Positions 20,249 to 33,238 of a stretch of DNA of 64,000 nucleotides are shown piece by piece. The stretch comes from a bacterium (GTDB lineage Bacteria > Hinthialibacterota > Hinthialibacteria > Hinthialibacterales > Hinthialibacteraceae). The stretch spans positions 896,001 through 960,000 of the forward strand of contig CAXXMV010000001.1 of assembly GCA_963662285.2 (NCBI GenBank), written 5' to 3'. Positions within the stretch are counted from its first letter, which is position 1. The number at the start of each line of letters is the position of its first letter. The notes beneath the pieces were generated by a model, which did no database searches, was not told the origin of the DNA, and was given only the letters and a program-made list of their open reading frames with translations. A program made the translations under genes and the position numbers.

Positions 20249-20295
20249 AATAACCATCCCCTGAGCGTGGAACGCCCGATCCCGCCTCCGGGGAT
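20249..20295 (+). repeat. 47-bp hairpin repeat, copy 2
   Basis: AATAACCATCCCCTGAG..CTCCGGGGAT, 27 bp after the WD40 remnant stop. Confidence 0.85.
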
Positions 20296-20348
20296 TCTTC
20301 ATGGTGTCTTGGATACACATCATTTATGATAGGTTAGAGTAATTAGTA

Positions 20349-20909
20349 TCAGGATTTAGCGGGTTGGGGTTTTTCTGATTCTTCCTCTTCGTATGCGTAT
20401 GCAATTCTATCGGCGGCTCTTTGGGCTAAGGCAGCTGCGCTGGATTTGCCGCGTGCTATTTGTTGAAGAGTGGGGATGGCTTTTTCGACTTCCAGGTCTT
20501 CGAGCAAATATATGAGGATTGAATTGATGCTGCCTCTACTGCGTTGATCCTGCAAGTCTTTAACCAACAGGTCTGCTTCATCGTCACCGCAGTTATTCTT
20601 CAGATAGGCGTAAGCCATGGTCGCTTCCTGCTTAATCGGGCTGCTGAGCAGTTCCACCAGCGTCTGGGGAGATTTTCCCTCAGCCCAAGCGACGGTTTTT
20701 TTCTCCAGCGATTTGGCGTACTTAAGAAAAATGAGGGTACAGACCAACAACAGCACGGCGCTTCCGATGACGATGGAGAAAAATACCGGCGAATCGAACA
20801 GTTCAGCAATCGGTAAATACTTATCAAAAAAACCCTGGCCGGGAGTGGATTGCGCGAAGGCAATCCGCGTGTTGAGCAGCAATAGCGTAATAGGAATTAT
20901 TATTTTCAT
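20349..20909 (-). CDS. Membrane-anchored HEAT-repeat-like protein
   Basis: Signal peptide, one TM helix, then helical repeats (KAIPTLQQIA..ALAQRAADRI); 13 bp downstream of nadE. Confidence 0.7.
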   Translation of the reverse strand: MKIIIPITLLLLNTRIAFAQSTPGQGFFDKYLPIAELFDSPVFFSIVIGSAVLLLVCTLIFLKYAKSLEKKTVAWAEGKSPQTLVELLSSPIKQEATMAYAYLKNNCGDDEADLLVKDLQDQRSRGSINSILIYLLEDLEVEKAIPTLQQIARGKSSAAALAQRAADRIAYAYEEEESEKPQPAKS

Positions 20910-20922
20910 TATAACCTTACTT

Positions 20923-22701
20923 TCAAGAGCGGTATTTGTTGGTCACCGGAAGTCGGCGGTCGCTGCCAAAGGCTTTATGAGTCACGCGCAGTACAATGGC
21001 CGCCTGCTGACGCTTGTATTCCGCCCGGTCGACCAGATTAACGATGCGTTTGACTATCTCAGAATCGTAGCCTAACTCTACAATTTCAGCAATGCTGCAA
21101 TCCTGCTCGATATAAGCATGAAGGATGCCATCCAGGATATCATATTCCGGAAGGCTGTCGGTATCCAGTTGGTCTTCACGCAGTTCCGCCGATGGCGGCT
21201 TGGTTATGGTATTTTCTGGGATTAACGGTTTCCCTGCAATCCGGTTGCGATAACGGCACATGGCATAGACCCAGGTTTTAGGTACGTCGCCAATCACCGC
21301 CAGGCCGCCGCACATGTCGCCGTAAAGCGTGGCGTAACCGACTGACAACTCAGACTTGTTGCCTGTAGCCAAAACCATATAACCGAATTTATTGGATAGA
21401 GCCATCAGAATATTGCCTCTGATACGGGCTTGCAGGTTTTCTTCGGTGACATCCGGCGCCATTGCGCTGAATTCATCTTTGAAGAGATGGTCATATTGAG
21501 TAAACACATCTTCAATAGCGAATTGCTTGTACTGGATGCCCAGGTTATTGGCTAAATCCTTGGCGTCATCTTTGCTGTGTTCAGAAGAAAATCGGCTGGG
21601 CATTGAGACGCCGACGACATTCCCGCCACCCAAAGCATCAGCCGCAATGGTTGCGGTCAACGCGGAATCTATCCCGCCGGAAAGCCCGATAACCACCTGC
21701 TTAAAGCCATTTTTGTTTATATAATCCCTGACGCCCAAAACCAGCGCGTTGTATGAGTCTTCCACGGGATCGTATTGCATGGAAACCGTTTGAGGCATAA
21801 AGGGATTGCTGGATAGAACATCGATGCGCTCCGGCTTGGATACAACATTGGTTATCCCGCTGGATGCAGTAACCTTAATCGCTTCTCTACCTGGGATATC
21901 GATTGACAAAGAGTCGCGTTGAATCGGCACGGCCAAACGCCCGCGATGTATTTCTTCAAAGCGAAGGTCAGCCTTAATCAGTTCCTCTGCGAAACTCTTG
22001 CCTTGAGCCAGCACTCTGGCTTGCGGAGAAACGATCAGGCTGCGCCCATCAAAGATCAATTCGTCCTGACCGCCAACCTGGTTACAGAAAACCATTGCTA
22101 ATGAATGATCCTGACAGCGGCATTTGATCATGGTCTCGCGCTCAACGCTACGGTAAACGCTGAATGGAGAAGCCGAAATGCAGACCACTAAATCCACTCC
22201 AGAGGCGGCCATATTGGCCACTGTTTCGGCATGCCAGACATCCTCGCATATCAAGACGCCAATATCGGCTACATCAGTCTGAAAGACGGAAAGATGCTCG
22301 CCGCGCTTGAAATAGCGTTTTTCATCGAATACCCGGTAGTTGGGAAGCCCTACCTTGCGGGCGATGCCGATAAGTTTTTCATCATGAATAACTGCGGCTG
22401 TGTTATAACTATCGCCTTCGCGAATCACCATACCAACCACAACTAACATACCCTTGGTATGAGGAATTATCTCATCTAAATATTGCTGTTGATCCGCGAT
22501 AAACTGGGTTTTTAGCAGTAAATCTTTGGGAGGATATCCACAGATCGCCAATTCGGGAAAAGCCAGAACTTGAATCTCGTTTTCCCGCGCTCTTTGAATC
22601 CACTCAATAATCCTGTCGGTGTTGCCGCGCAGATCACCGACGGTGGTATTGATTTGCGCAGCGCCGACGCGGATGAAGGATGGTTTGACATGTGAGGTCA
22701 T
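20923..22701 (-). CDS. nadE: Glutamine-dependent NAD+ synthetase
   Basis: Nitrilase domain (FPELAICGYPP, LPNYRVFDEKRYF, ICEDVW) plus synthetase domain (GLSGGIDS, ENLQARIRG, TGNKSE, PPSAEL). Confidence 0.97.
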   Translation of the reverse strand: MTSHVKPSFIRVGAAQINTTVGDLRGNTDRIIEWIQRARENEIQVLAFPELAICGYPPKDLLLKTQFIADQQQYLDEIIPHTKGMLVVVGMVIREGDSYNTAAVIHDEKLIGIARKVGLPNYRVFDEKRYFKRGEHLSVFQTDVADIGVLICEDVWHAETVANMAASGVDLVVCISASPFSVYRSVERETMIKCRCQDHSLAMVFCNQVGGQDELIFDGRSLIVSPQARVLAQGKSFAEELIKADLRFEEIHRGRLAVPIQRDSLSIDIPGREAIKVTASSGITNVVSKPERIDVLSSNPFMPQTVSMQYDPVEDSYNALVLGVRDYINKNGFKQVVIGLSGGIDSALTATIAADALGGGNVVGVSMPSRFSSEHSKDDAKDLANNLGIQYKQFAIEDVFTQYDHLFKDEFSAMAPDVTEENLQARIRGNILMALSNKFGYMVLATGNKSELSVGYATLYGDMCGGLAVIGDVPKTWVYAMCRYRNRIAGKPLIPENTITKPPSAELREDQLDTDSLPEYDILDGILHAYIEQDCSIAEIVELGYDSEIVKRIVNLVDRAEYKRQQAAIVLRVTHKAFGSDRRLPVTNKYRS

Positions 22702-22902
22702 CTTGAAATCGCCTTATTCATGATTGGAATCCATATAGGAAACTTAATTATACCGCCAGCAGCCAGATTTCGCCATATCCAGCCTGAATAATTGCTGAGT
22801 TACAACTTATTACAAAAAATACCATTTTCTACATGATAACAGGCAGAAATATTGATAGATTTTCTGGATATTCACAATAATCATGATTTAGGAGGAAGAA
22901 TA

Positions 22903-23955
22903 ATGAAAACCTGTATAACCTCAATATTCCTATTGCTAATCTTCGTCATCCAGCTCACTGCTCAAGAAGCCCTAAAACCTACACTGATTCTCAACCACAC
23001 CGGATATTGTTGTGATAATATGGCATTTTCTCCTGATGAGACAATGCTGACGACTTATGGTGAATCCCCGGTCAATATCTGGAATCTGGAAAATGGTGAA
23101 TTAATCCAATCAATCCAACCCAGATCGCCTTTGCAGTCAACCGCGTTTTTCTCTTTGGATGGATTAGAAATCCTTATTTCCAGCAGAGGATATATTGAGG
23201 TGTTTGATATAACAACCGGTAAGATGAAGGCTTCTTACAACTTGCAGTCATTTTTCAATACCCTCTCAGTTCAAAGCAAGACAAAAGTGCAAGAGAATGA
23301 CATAATCTCTCCCCAATGCTATCAAGAATTCAGCAACGCCGTACTTTTTAATAATGGTAAAATGCTGGCTGTGGGCAGCGATTATGAATATGCCATGATA
23401 TGGAGTATGGAAAACAAGGCGCCATTTTTATATCTAAAACTTACCGGATTTATTAATAACCTATCGATTCACGTTTCACCAGATAATAAACGAATCGCCG
23501 TCAAGGATAATAACCAAATTCAAATATGGAACATTTATGAAGGTTTCAGGGGGAATTCGCATATCATCAGTAATAGACATACCACCGCTTTTTCATTTTC
23601 ACATGATGGTTCACATATGCTTGCCGCCTCGGATGATATGATAAGGGTATTTGATTCTGATAGTGGAGCGTTAGTTGATGAATTAATTGAATTTGATGCC
23701 AAAGATCGCCGCCTCCTGGAGTTGGCTAGTTTATCGCCCGATGGTTCCTTATTCCATTCAAACAAAACCATTTGGAATCTCAACGATTGCCGGATAATAG
23801 CGAAATTGGAACACGAAGCAATCGCCCAAGGTTCATCCATTTTCTCGCCAAACAAGAAATATTTAGCCCAAAGAACGGAAGACGGGGATATATTGATATG
23901 GGATATAAGTCAAATAGAACAGACAACTGAAGTACCGACTAGCATGATGCATTAA
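22903..23955 (+). CDS. Secreted WD40-repeat (beta-propeller) protein
   Basis: AGGAGG RBS, signal peptide, repeated FSPD/FSHD..IWN/IWD blades. Confidence 0.85.
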   Translation: MKTCITSIFLLLIFVIQLTAQEALKPTLILNHTGYCCDNMAFSPDETMLTTYGESPVNIWNLENGELIQSIQPRSPLQSTAFFSLDGLEILISSRGYIEVFDITTGKMKASYNLQSFFNTLSVQSKTKVQENDIISPQCYQEFSNAVLFNNGKMLAVGSDYEYAMIWSMENKAPFLYLKLTGFINNLSIHVSPDNKRIAVKDNNQIQIWNIYEGFRGNSHIISNRHTTAFSFSHDGSHMLAASDDMIRVFDSDSGALVDELIEFDAKDRRLLELASLSPDGSLFHSNKTIWNLNDCRIIAKLEHEAIAQGSSIFSPNKKYLAQRTEDGDILIWDISQIEQTTEVPTSMMH

Positions 23956-23980
23956 GAGCGAACGCAAGCAATAATTGATT

Positions 23981-25831
23981 TCAATTGGGTTTAACAACCC
24001 GAATGGGTTTCTCTGAGTCGCGTAGATCAAGATGCAATGAGTATCCCTTCCACTGCGCGTCCAGAACGCCGCTGCCATACTCTGATTGAATAAATGGACT
24101 ATTAAAGAGTTTGTTAGATGAGTCGGCAAGAGTTTCAATCGTATTACCATTAACCAAAATTTCATCCTCATCCAGCGGGAAAAGGAAAACATCTCCCCGA
24201 CGTGAAACGAAAGTCACAGAATCGTTGTCTATCTTCAAAGGTGAATTAATAACCTGATTCATAAATTGATCGAATGATATGAAATTGGATGCAGATTCAA
24301 TCTCAAGAAGAAAAGATGTATATAGATTTTGAAAAGTCAAAATTGACGATCCACTACCAGTTCTAGGGTCCAACTCAGTAGTGCGCCACCAATAGCTGCG
24401 CCCCTTCAAAGGCCTGAATGCCAGATAAATGGCGCCTACCTCAGAGAAACACCATGATTGATCCTGAATTACCGGAGCAAAAGTATTCGGAATCCAAATG
24501 CGGGTAGGCCATTGAACATATGCATCGTCTAAAAATTCACCGGAATCAGTTAAATTTAATCGGACGCGGTCACAACGATGATACCGGTTGAATAATACAT
24601 TTTTATATTGAAAACAAGTTGAATTCCATAAATAATATTCGTCTTGCGCAGCCTGCTTCCCTCCACTGATCAGTTCGTTGCCGGTAAAAGCAAAAAGGTG
24701 ATGACCAAAGTTATTTTCATCCAGCACCAACAAATCCCAGGGGCGTGAATGCCAAGGCGTCGTTTGACTACGCAATTGAAATGAACTAAGAATATACGAA
24801 GGAGTGACATAACTATATTTTTTTAATCCATTGGCGTCTTCAGCTATTTTATTACGATTATTTGCGTATAAAAAATTCGCCGATTCATACGTTCCCCGGT
24901 CATCATATTCACGCATCAATTTAACTAAAACTCCAGGAGGACGGTATTTTGAAAGACTCAAATTAAGGCTGACCGCATCAAACGACGGCTGTAAATTATC
25001 CGGGACAGGCAACCCAAAAAGAATATAATTAATATAATAGTTATCCTGATGCATATTGCTGTTAGCAACGCGTCCCCGTACGCCGCCCCACTGGCCTGCC
25101 AGCGATTCCTGTACGATATCTGATAGTACCAGATCAATAACAGCGGCAGATTTGGTTTCCAAGATAGGATCATCACACCAATCATGAATATTAAGCAAAG
25201 CGCCGATGCAATCCAACAATTCTGAAGAAGAACAATCATTGAATCCATAGCGGGATTTTTGATCCAACCATTGGTAAATCTCTTGGTTAAATCTCGTTTG
25301 TTGAATTTGATTGCTTTTTTTATCCGGCCACTTATAGCCTAGGGTTGCATCTTCAACATATTTAGCCCAGAGCATTAATGTTGACAAATCAAGTATGACG
25401 CTGCTTTCTGGTGAATGTTTTGTCGCTATTGAGGTTGAGTTTTCTAGAGACCTGGAGCGAATCCATTGCGTCATCTCGGTTCGAAGATGAATCAGTACGG
25501 TTTCATCAAGTTTACACAGGTTATTTTGATGAGCGCATAGAATCCGGATAGGAATGGTACACTGAAGTGAACTTGCTTTTTGATGATCAAATGCACGCAG
25601 AATCAAGTTGGTTTGCGGCGGTCTACGATTCAAGAATAAGAGGGCGGCGGCCCTTTCAATATTTACTCTTTCAGTTCTATCAGTTATTTCTCCGAGTATA
25701 TTCTGCTGCCGCAGATTATACTCTTTCTGAATAATTCGAATATCCACATTTTCAGCAAAAGCGCAGGAAACCGACCATGATGCAAGCGCAAAAAACAGTA
25801 GAGATAAGGTGCAGCGGTTTATCTTTCTCAT
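23981..25831 (-). CDS. Secreted hypothetical protein (helical N-domain + beta-rich C-domain, possibly polysaccharide-lyase-like fold)
   Basis: Signal peptide from MRKINRC (25831); long ORF; fold guess from pattern only. Confidence 0.65.
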   Translation of the reverse strand: MRKINRCTLSLLFFALASWSVSCAFAENVDIRIIQKEYNLRQQNILGEITDRTERVNIERAAALLFLNRRPPQTNLILRAFDHQKASSLQCTIPIRILCAHQNNLCKLDETVLIHLRTEMTQWIRSRSLENSTSIATKHSPESSVILDLSTLMLWAKYVEDATLGYKWPDKKSNQIQQTRFNQEIYQWLDQKSRYGFNDCSSSELLDCIGALLNIHDWCDDPILETKSAAVIDLVLSDIVQESLAGQWGGVRGRVANSNMHQDNYYINYILFGLPVPDNLQPSFDAVSLNLSLSKYRPPGVLVKLMREYDDRGTYESANFLYANNRNKIAEDANGLKKYSYVTPSYILSSFQLRSQTTPWHSRPWDLLVLDENNFGHHLFAFTGNELISGGKQAAQDEYYLWNSTCFQYKNVLFNRYHRCDRVRLNLTDSGEFLDDAYVQWPTRIWIPNTFAPVIQDQSWCFSEVGAIYLAFRPLKGRSYWWRTTELDPRTGSGSSILTFQNLYTSFLLEIESASNFISFDQFMNQVINSPLKIDNDSVTFVSRRGDVFLFPLDEDEILVNGNTIETLADSSNKLFNSPFIQSEYGSGVLDAQWKGYSLHLDLRDSEKPIRVVKPN

Positions 25832-25965
25832 CACCCGGTTACCTTGCGGAGCATCTTTAATTACTGCGTATATAAGATTAATAAGAACAGTTCTATAAAT
25901 CAGGGAAGTCCATGAAAAGAACTTCCCTATAAGATTATCTATATCACATGATCCAATCAATACTT

Positions 25966-28554
<2,589 letters not shown>

Positions 28555-28645
28555 TCACTATGATATTTTATATAGATTAAGAGATGATCAAATGATTCCG
28601 GGATGTATTTTTTGGATAAAGAGTTCGTTTTGTAAATGTTACATA

Positions 28646-28674
28646 AGTATAATGGAATGAGTGACAAAAGTCAA
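28646..28674 (-). promoter_or_regulatory. sigma70-type promoter for gyrB
   Basis: Minus strand TTGACT-17 bp-TATACT. Confidence 0.55.
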
Positions 28675-28946
28675 GGTTTTCAGATGTCGTCCATTATAAG
28701 GTCAACAATATAATTCAGAGCTGGAGGGCTATACATTGTTTCCTTGGAGAGTAGCAGTAAAATGGGAAGATTTTCCCTGGCTGTTAAATTTGGGGGGAAA
28801 TCACCAGGGATTTTATTCAGGTCTATCGACTAAGGAATATAACCTGTTTATTCATATTGCGTTATAACAATCCATAGACCGATTATGTATTTCACGGGAG
28901 AATTTGCATATACGTTTTTTGCTGTTATATGTAACACTATAAAACC

Positions 28947-30101
28947 ATGAATAAACTAATTCTATTGGGATCTACCGGATCAATTGGCTGCCAATGTCTG
29001 GATGTTGTTCGACGCCATCCTGGTGAATTTTCTATCGCGGCGCTGGCTTCAAATACAAATTTTAAACTTCTTGCGGAACAATACCAGGAATTCAAACCGG
29101 CGTATATCGCTTTAGCCGATCCAGGCGCCGTTAAACAGTTCCCCCGTGATATCCTGGCTGAAGGCGTCAAATTCTTCACCGGACCAGATGCTTTAATCGA
29201 GTTAGTTAATCAGTGTGAAGCGGATGTGGCGGTAATCGCCACGGTCGGCGCGGCAGGATTCAAACCGACTTTCGAAGCAATACGAACAGGTAAAAACATT
29301 GCTCTGGCCAATAAAGAAGTATTGGCTATGGCGGGTGACCTGCTGATGAGCGGCGCCCGGAAGCAAAATGTTGCGGTAGTTCCCATCGACAGTGAACATA
29401 GCGCCATCCAACAATGTCTGCGATGCGGCCAACCCGACGAAGTCAGTCGGATAATTCTAACCGCATCTGGAGGCCCTTTCCGGGGGATGACGCCGGAACA
29501 ATTTGAAAACGTCCCCGTCAAAGAGGCGCTCAATCACCCCACCTGGGATATGGGCGCCAAAATCACTATCGATTCAGCCACATTATTCAACAAAGGATTG
29601 GAAGTAATTGAAGCGCATCATTTATTCAATACTCCAATCGACCAAATAAATGTCATCGTCCATCCTCAATCCATAATTCATTCCATGGTGGAATTCTGCG
29701 ATGGATCAGTCATGGCTCAATTGGGAGACGCTGATATGCGCACCCCCATCCAGTATGCCCTTTCATATCCCAATCGCATTGACCGCACCGGCAGAAAACT
29801 CGACTTGCTGGAGATATCAGAATTAACTTTCTTCCCTCCGGATTTAAAAAGTTTCCCATGTTTGAGTTTAGCCTACGAAGCGGCGCGCATTGGCGGAACC
29901 ATGCCTGCTTATCTCTCCGTCGCTAACGAAGAGATAGTCGATTCTTATTTGAATGAAAAGATCAATTTTGGTTCAATTCCACGCTTTCTGGAAAAGAGCA
30001 TGAAAAAACATTCATCTAAACTTGATTATTCTCTGGAAGACATCCACCAGACAGAGATTGAAGCCCGAAAGAAAACCAAAGAGATAATCGCTAGTTTATA
30101 A
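28947..30101 (+). CDS. dxr: 1-deoxy-D-xylulose-5-phosphate reductoisomerase
   Basis: LGSTGSIG, LANKE, PIDSEH, TASGGPF, HPTWDMGAKITIDSAT..NKGLE. Confidence 0.97.
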   Translation: MNKLILLGSTGSIGCQCLDVVRRHPGEFSIAALASNTNFKLLAEQYQEFKPAYIALADPGAVKQFPRDILAEGVKFFTGPDALIELVNQCEADVAVIATVGAAGFKPTFEAIRTGKNIALANKEVLAMAGDLLMSGARKQNVAVVPIDSEHSAIQQCLRCGQPDEVSRIILTASGGPFRGMTPEQFENVPVKEALNHPTWDMGAKITIDSATLFNKGLEVIEAHHLFNTPIDQINVIVHPQSIIHSMVEFCDGSVMAQLGDADMRTPIQYALSYPNRIDRTGRKLDLLEISELTFFPPDLKSFPCLSLAYEAARIGGTMPAYLSVANEEIVDSYLNEKINFGSIPRFLEKSMKKHSSKLDYSLEDIHQTEIEARKKTKEIIASL

Positions 30102-33100
30102 ACTCACTTCCGGGGTCTCTTCTGAGACGCCCAGTAGGTTTTTGAACCATCTAATAGCGGCGGCGAAACGATCACCAGCAGCCACCATCGCCGGGACGGC
30201 GACTAGAGTTAATACGGTAGCCACAGCCAACCCAAAGATGACGGCCACAGCCATAGGCCCCCACCATTCCGCCGATTCGCTTCCAACCTGCCATCCACCT
30301 GACCGAAAGTCATAACTGATCCCCATCGCCATAGGAATTAAGCCAAGGATGGTGGTAATAGCAGTCAGCATAACTGGTCGAAAACGAACTTTTCCGGCCA
30401 GAATCAATGACTCCTGATCGGCAATGCCTTCATCGCGCAGTTGCATGGTATAATCCAATAGAACAATGGCATTATTAACCACCACTCCTGCGAGGCTTAT
30501 GACGCCAATGCCAGTCATAATGATGCCAAATGGTTGTTGTAATAGGAGCAAACCAATCAAGACGCCCATCGTGGACAACAATACTGATGAGATAATAATA
30601 AATGGTTTGAAAATTGAATTGAATTCAGTTACCAGGATCAACATAATGAGCATCAAAGCAGTCAGGAATGCTTCACTGAGGAATTGCTGAGCCTCTTCCT
30701 GATCTTCGCTCTCTCCACGGTAAGTTAATTTATAGCCCTGAGGCATTTGCATCGAAGCTAATTCTTTTTGAACATCGGCTAAAACATCATTTCCCAAACG
30801 GCCTTCAGCTTCCGCTTCGATTGTAATAACCCGATTCCGATCAGTCCGTACAATAGTGCCCAAACCAGCTGACAACTCGATATCAGCCACCGAACACAAA
30901 GGAACATGATTGCCTGTCAGACCTGATACAATCAAGTTGCGCAGGGCATAAAGGTCTTTACGACGATCAAGCGGCAGTTGGACGATAATGTCATATTCAT
31001 CATTGCCGTCGCGGTAAACGCCAGCTTCGATTCCACGAATAGCGGCTTTGACATTGGTCGCAATGGTTTGAGTATTTAAGTTTAACAACGCCGCCCGTTC
31101 TTTATCCACTTTAACTACAATCTCAGGCCGGGCGATAACATAGTCGTCATCCATATTAACCAGTCCGGGAATTCCCCGGATGCGCTCTTTGATTTCACGC
31201 ATTAATGGTTCCAGTACTTCGTATTTTTCCCCTGAAAGTTCAATAGTGATCGGGGCGCCGGTTGGCGGACCATTTTCTTCTTTTTCAATTTTGGCTTCAG
31301 CCTCATAAAATGGCGCGAATTTCTGACGCAATTCGTGCAATACGTCTTCCGATGGTCGTTCGCGATCTTCTTTATCAGGAAATTCAAGCATGATTTGAGC
31401 TGCATCAGGCGAGTTGCTCGACTGAGACATAGGATTAGAAGAACCAGCGGTTCCGACATTCGTTATAATACTGGTTATCTCAGGATAAACTGAAGCTTCT
31501 TTTTCCAGACGCTTAACAAATTCATCGGTCTGATCCAGGTTAGTGCCTTCCTGCATCGAAACATTGATGTAAGCCCGCTTGGGATCGATATCAGGAAACA
31601 ATTCAACGCCATTACCAAAACGCACATAAGCAGTAAAAACCAATACCAGTAAACAGACCGCCCAACTCAAAATGTAAAATGGATAACGCACCGCAGCTGT
31701 AACTATTGGAGTGTAAGACCGTATAATAAAACCATCTTTTTTCTTCTTTAATTGTTTGGGCGCCTTCATAAATATGGCGCATAGAGTTGGATTAATAACC
31801 ATGGCCACAAAGAGAGAAGCGGTAAGAGCCACGATAACAGTGATGGGTAAATAGCACATGAACTCACCCATAATTCCCGGCCAAAAAATCATAGGAGCAA
31901 ATGCGGCGACAGTCGTCGCGCAGCTGGAGATGATGGGCCACATCACTTCTTTACTTCCAATTATGGCGGCGCTGATCCGGTCTTTGCCTGCCTGACGATG
32001 CCGGAAAATATTCTCCACAATAACGATAGCATTATCTACTAGCATACCCACAGCCAGAACCAACGAGAACAATACGACCATATTAAGCGTCAGTCCCATC
32101 AATTTGAGCACTTGAAATGTAATAAGCATAGAAAATGGAATAGCCGACGCCACAATCAAGGCATTACGCAATCCCATAGCGCATAAAACAACTATCAGAA
32201 CCAGAATCAATCCAGACAGGATGCTGTTTTCCAGGTCTGACACCATCTTACGTATATCGGTAGACATATCCATCACAATAGAAATATCCACGCCATTAGC
32301 CGCTGAAGCCTTGTATTCTTTTATAAGTCTTTTAATTTCTTCAGATATTTCGATAATGTTTTCGCCGCTGCGCTTGACGATGTTTATCGATACTGACTCT
32401 TTTTGGTTATAGCGGGATTTGGTTTTAGGCTCTTCGAAACCATCTTCCATCCTGGCGACATCGGTAATATAGATGGGATTATTCTCATGAGAATAAACAA
32501 TCAGACTTTTAGCCTCAGAAGGATCCTTGAATTCACCGGGAATTTTAACCAGATAATTACTCGGCCCGATATCCATCTTTCCGCCGGGAGTGTTCAGATT
32601 ATTGGAACGGACGGCGGTCATTAAATCTGTCACAGCAAGATTGTAAGAGGCGAGGCGTTCGGGCTGATAAGTGACGCGAATTTCCCGTTCAAGCCCTCCC
32701 ATAACATTGGCTTCCAGAACGCCGGATACGCTTTCAAAATCATCCGCCATATCATCAGCCAGGTCTTTCAGACGCACCAAACCAACCGGACCCGAAACAA
32801 CTACAGTCATTATAGGGAATTCAGCGAAATTGATTTCATCAACCATCGGATCATCTTCCAGATCAGCGGGGAGTTTAGATTTGGATTCATCCACCTTATC
32901 CCGCACTTTTTGCAAGGCGGTATCGATATCAATGCCGGTGTTGAATTCACATACGATAGTCGAAGCGCCTTCCGATGAATAAGAACGCAGTTCTTTAATC
33001 TCACCAATAGTGGTCAGTTTTTGTTCAATTTCATTGGTAATAAGATTTTCAATATCCGATGGCGCTACGCCTTCATAAGTAGTTGTAACGATAATGTTCG

Positions 33101-33227
33101 GAATAGTAATATCGGGCGCCGATTCACGCGGTAGAGTAACATAGGCATACGAACCTCCTATGATAATCATAATGATAAGCACTAAAACAGTAGTAGCATG
33201 TCGTATACTAAATTCAGAAAGAGTCAT
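30096..33227 (-). CDS. RND-family efflux permease (AcrB/SwrC-like)
   Basis: 1043 aa; VGMLVDNAIVIVEN, GVVVNNAIVLLD, RFRPVMLTAITT. Confidence 0.95.
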   Translation of the reverse strand: MTLSEFSIRHATTVLVLIIMIIIGGSYAYVTLPRESAPDITIPNIIVTTTYEGVAPSDIENLITNEIEQKLTTIGEIKELRSYSSEGASTIVCEFNTGIDIDTALQKVRDKVDESKSKLPADLEDDPMVDEINFAEFPIMTVVVSGPVGLVRLKDLADDMADDFESVSGVLEANVMGGLEREIRVTYQPERLASYNLAVTDLMTAVRSNNLNTPGGKMDIGPSNYLVKIPGEFKDPSEAKSLIVYSHENNPIYITDVARMEDGFEEPKTKSRYNQKESVSINIVKRSGENIIEISEEIKRLIKEYKASAANGVDISIVMDMSTDIRKMVSDLENSILSGLILVLIVVLCAMGLRNALIVASAIPFSMLITFQVLKLMGLTLNMVVLFSLVLAVGMLVDNAIVIVENIFRHRQAGKDRISAAIIGSKEVMWPIISSCATTVAAFAPMIFWPGIMGEFMCYLPITVIVALTASLFVAMVINPTLCAIFMKAPKQLKKKKDGFIIRSYTPIVTAAVRYPFYILSWAVCLLVLVFTAYVRFGNGVELFPDIDPKRAYINVSMQEGTNLDQTDEFVKRLEKEASVYPEITSIITNVGTAGSSNPMSQSSNSPDAAQIMLEFPDKEDRERPSEDVLHELRQKFAPFYEAEAKIEKEENGPPTGAPITIELSGEKYEVLEPLMREIKERIRGIPGLVNMDDDYVIARPEIVVKVDKERAALLNLNTQTIATNVKAAIRGIEAGVYRDGNDEYDIIVQLPLDRRKDLYALRNLIVSGLTGNHVPLCSVADIELSAGLGTIVRTDRNRVITIEAEAEGRLGNDVLADVQKELASMQMPQGYKLTYRGESEDQEEAQQFLSEAFLTALMLIMLILVTEFNSIFKPFIIISSVLLSTMGVLIGLLLLQQPFGIIMTGIGVISLAGVVVNNAIVLLDYTMQLRDEGIADQESLILAGKVRFRPVMLTAITTILGLIPMAMGISYDFRSGGWQVGSESAEWWGPMAVAVIFGLAVATVLTLVAVPAMVAAGDRFAAAIRWFKNLLGVSEETPEVSL

Positions 33228-33238
33228 CTAATTGCCTT

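Noticed and set aside
15683-20295. 47-bp repeats as integron attC sites
   Set aside because: No complementary RYYYAAC/GTTRRRY boxes enclose the hairpin and no integrase is in the window
30096-30101. dxr and RND genes sharing TTATAA at their convergent ends
   Set aside because: Short convergent overlaps are common; no further signal
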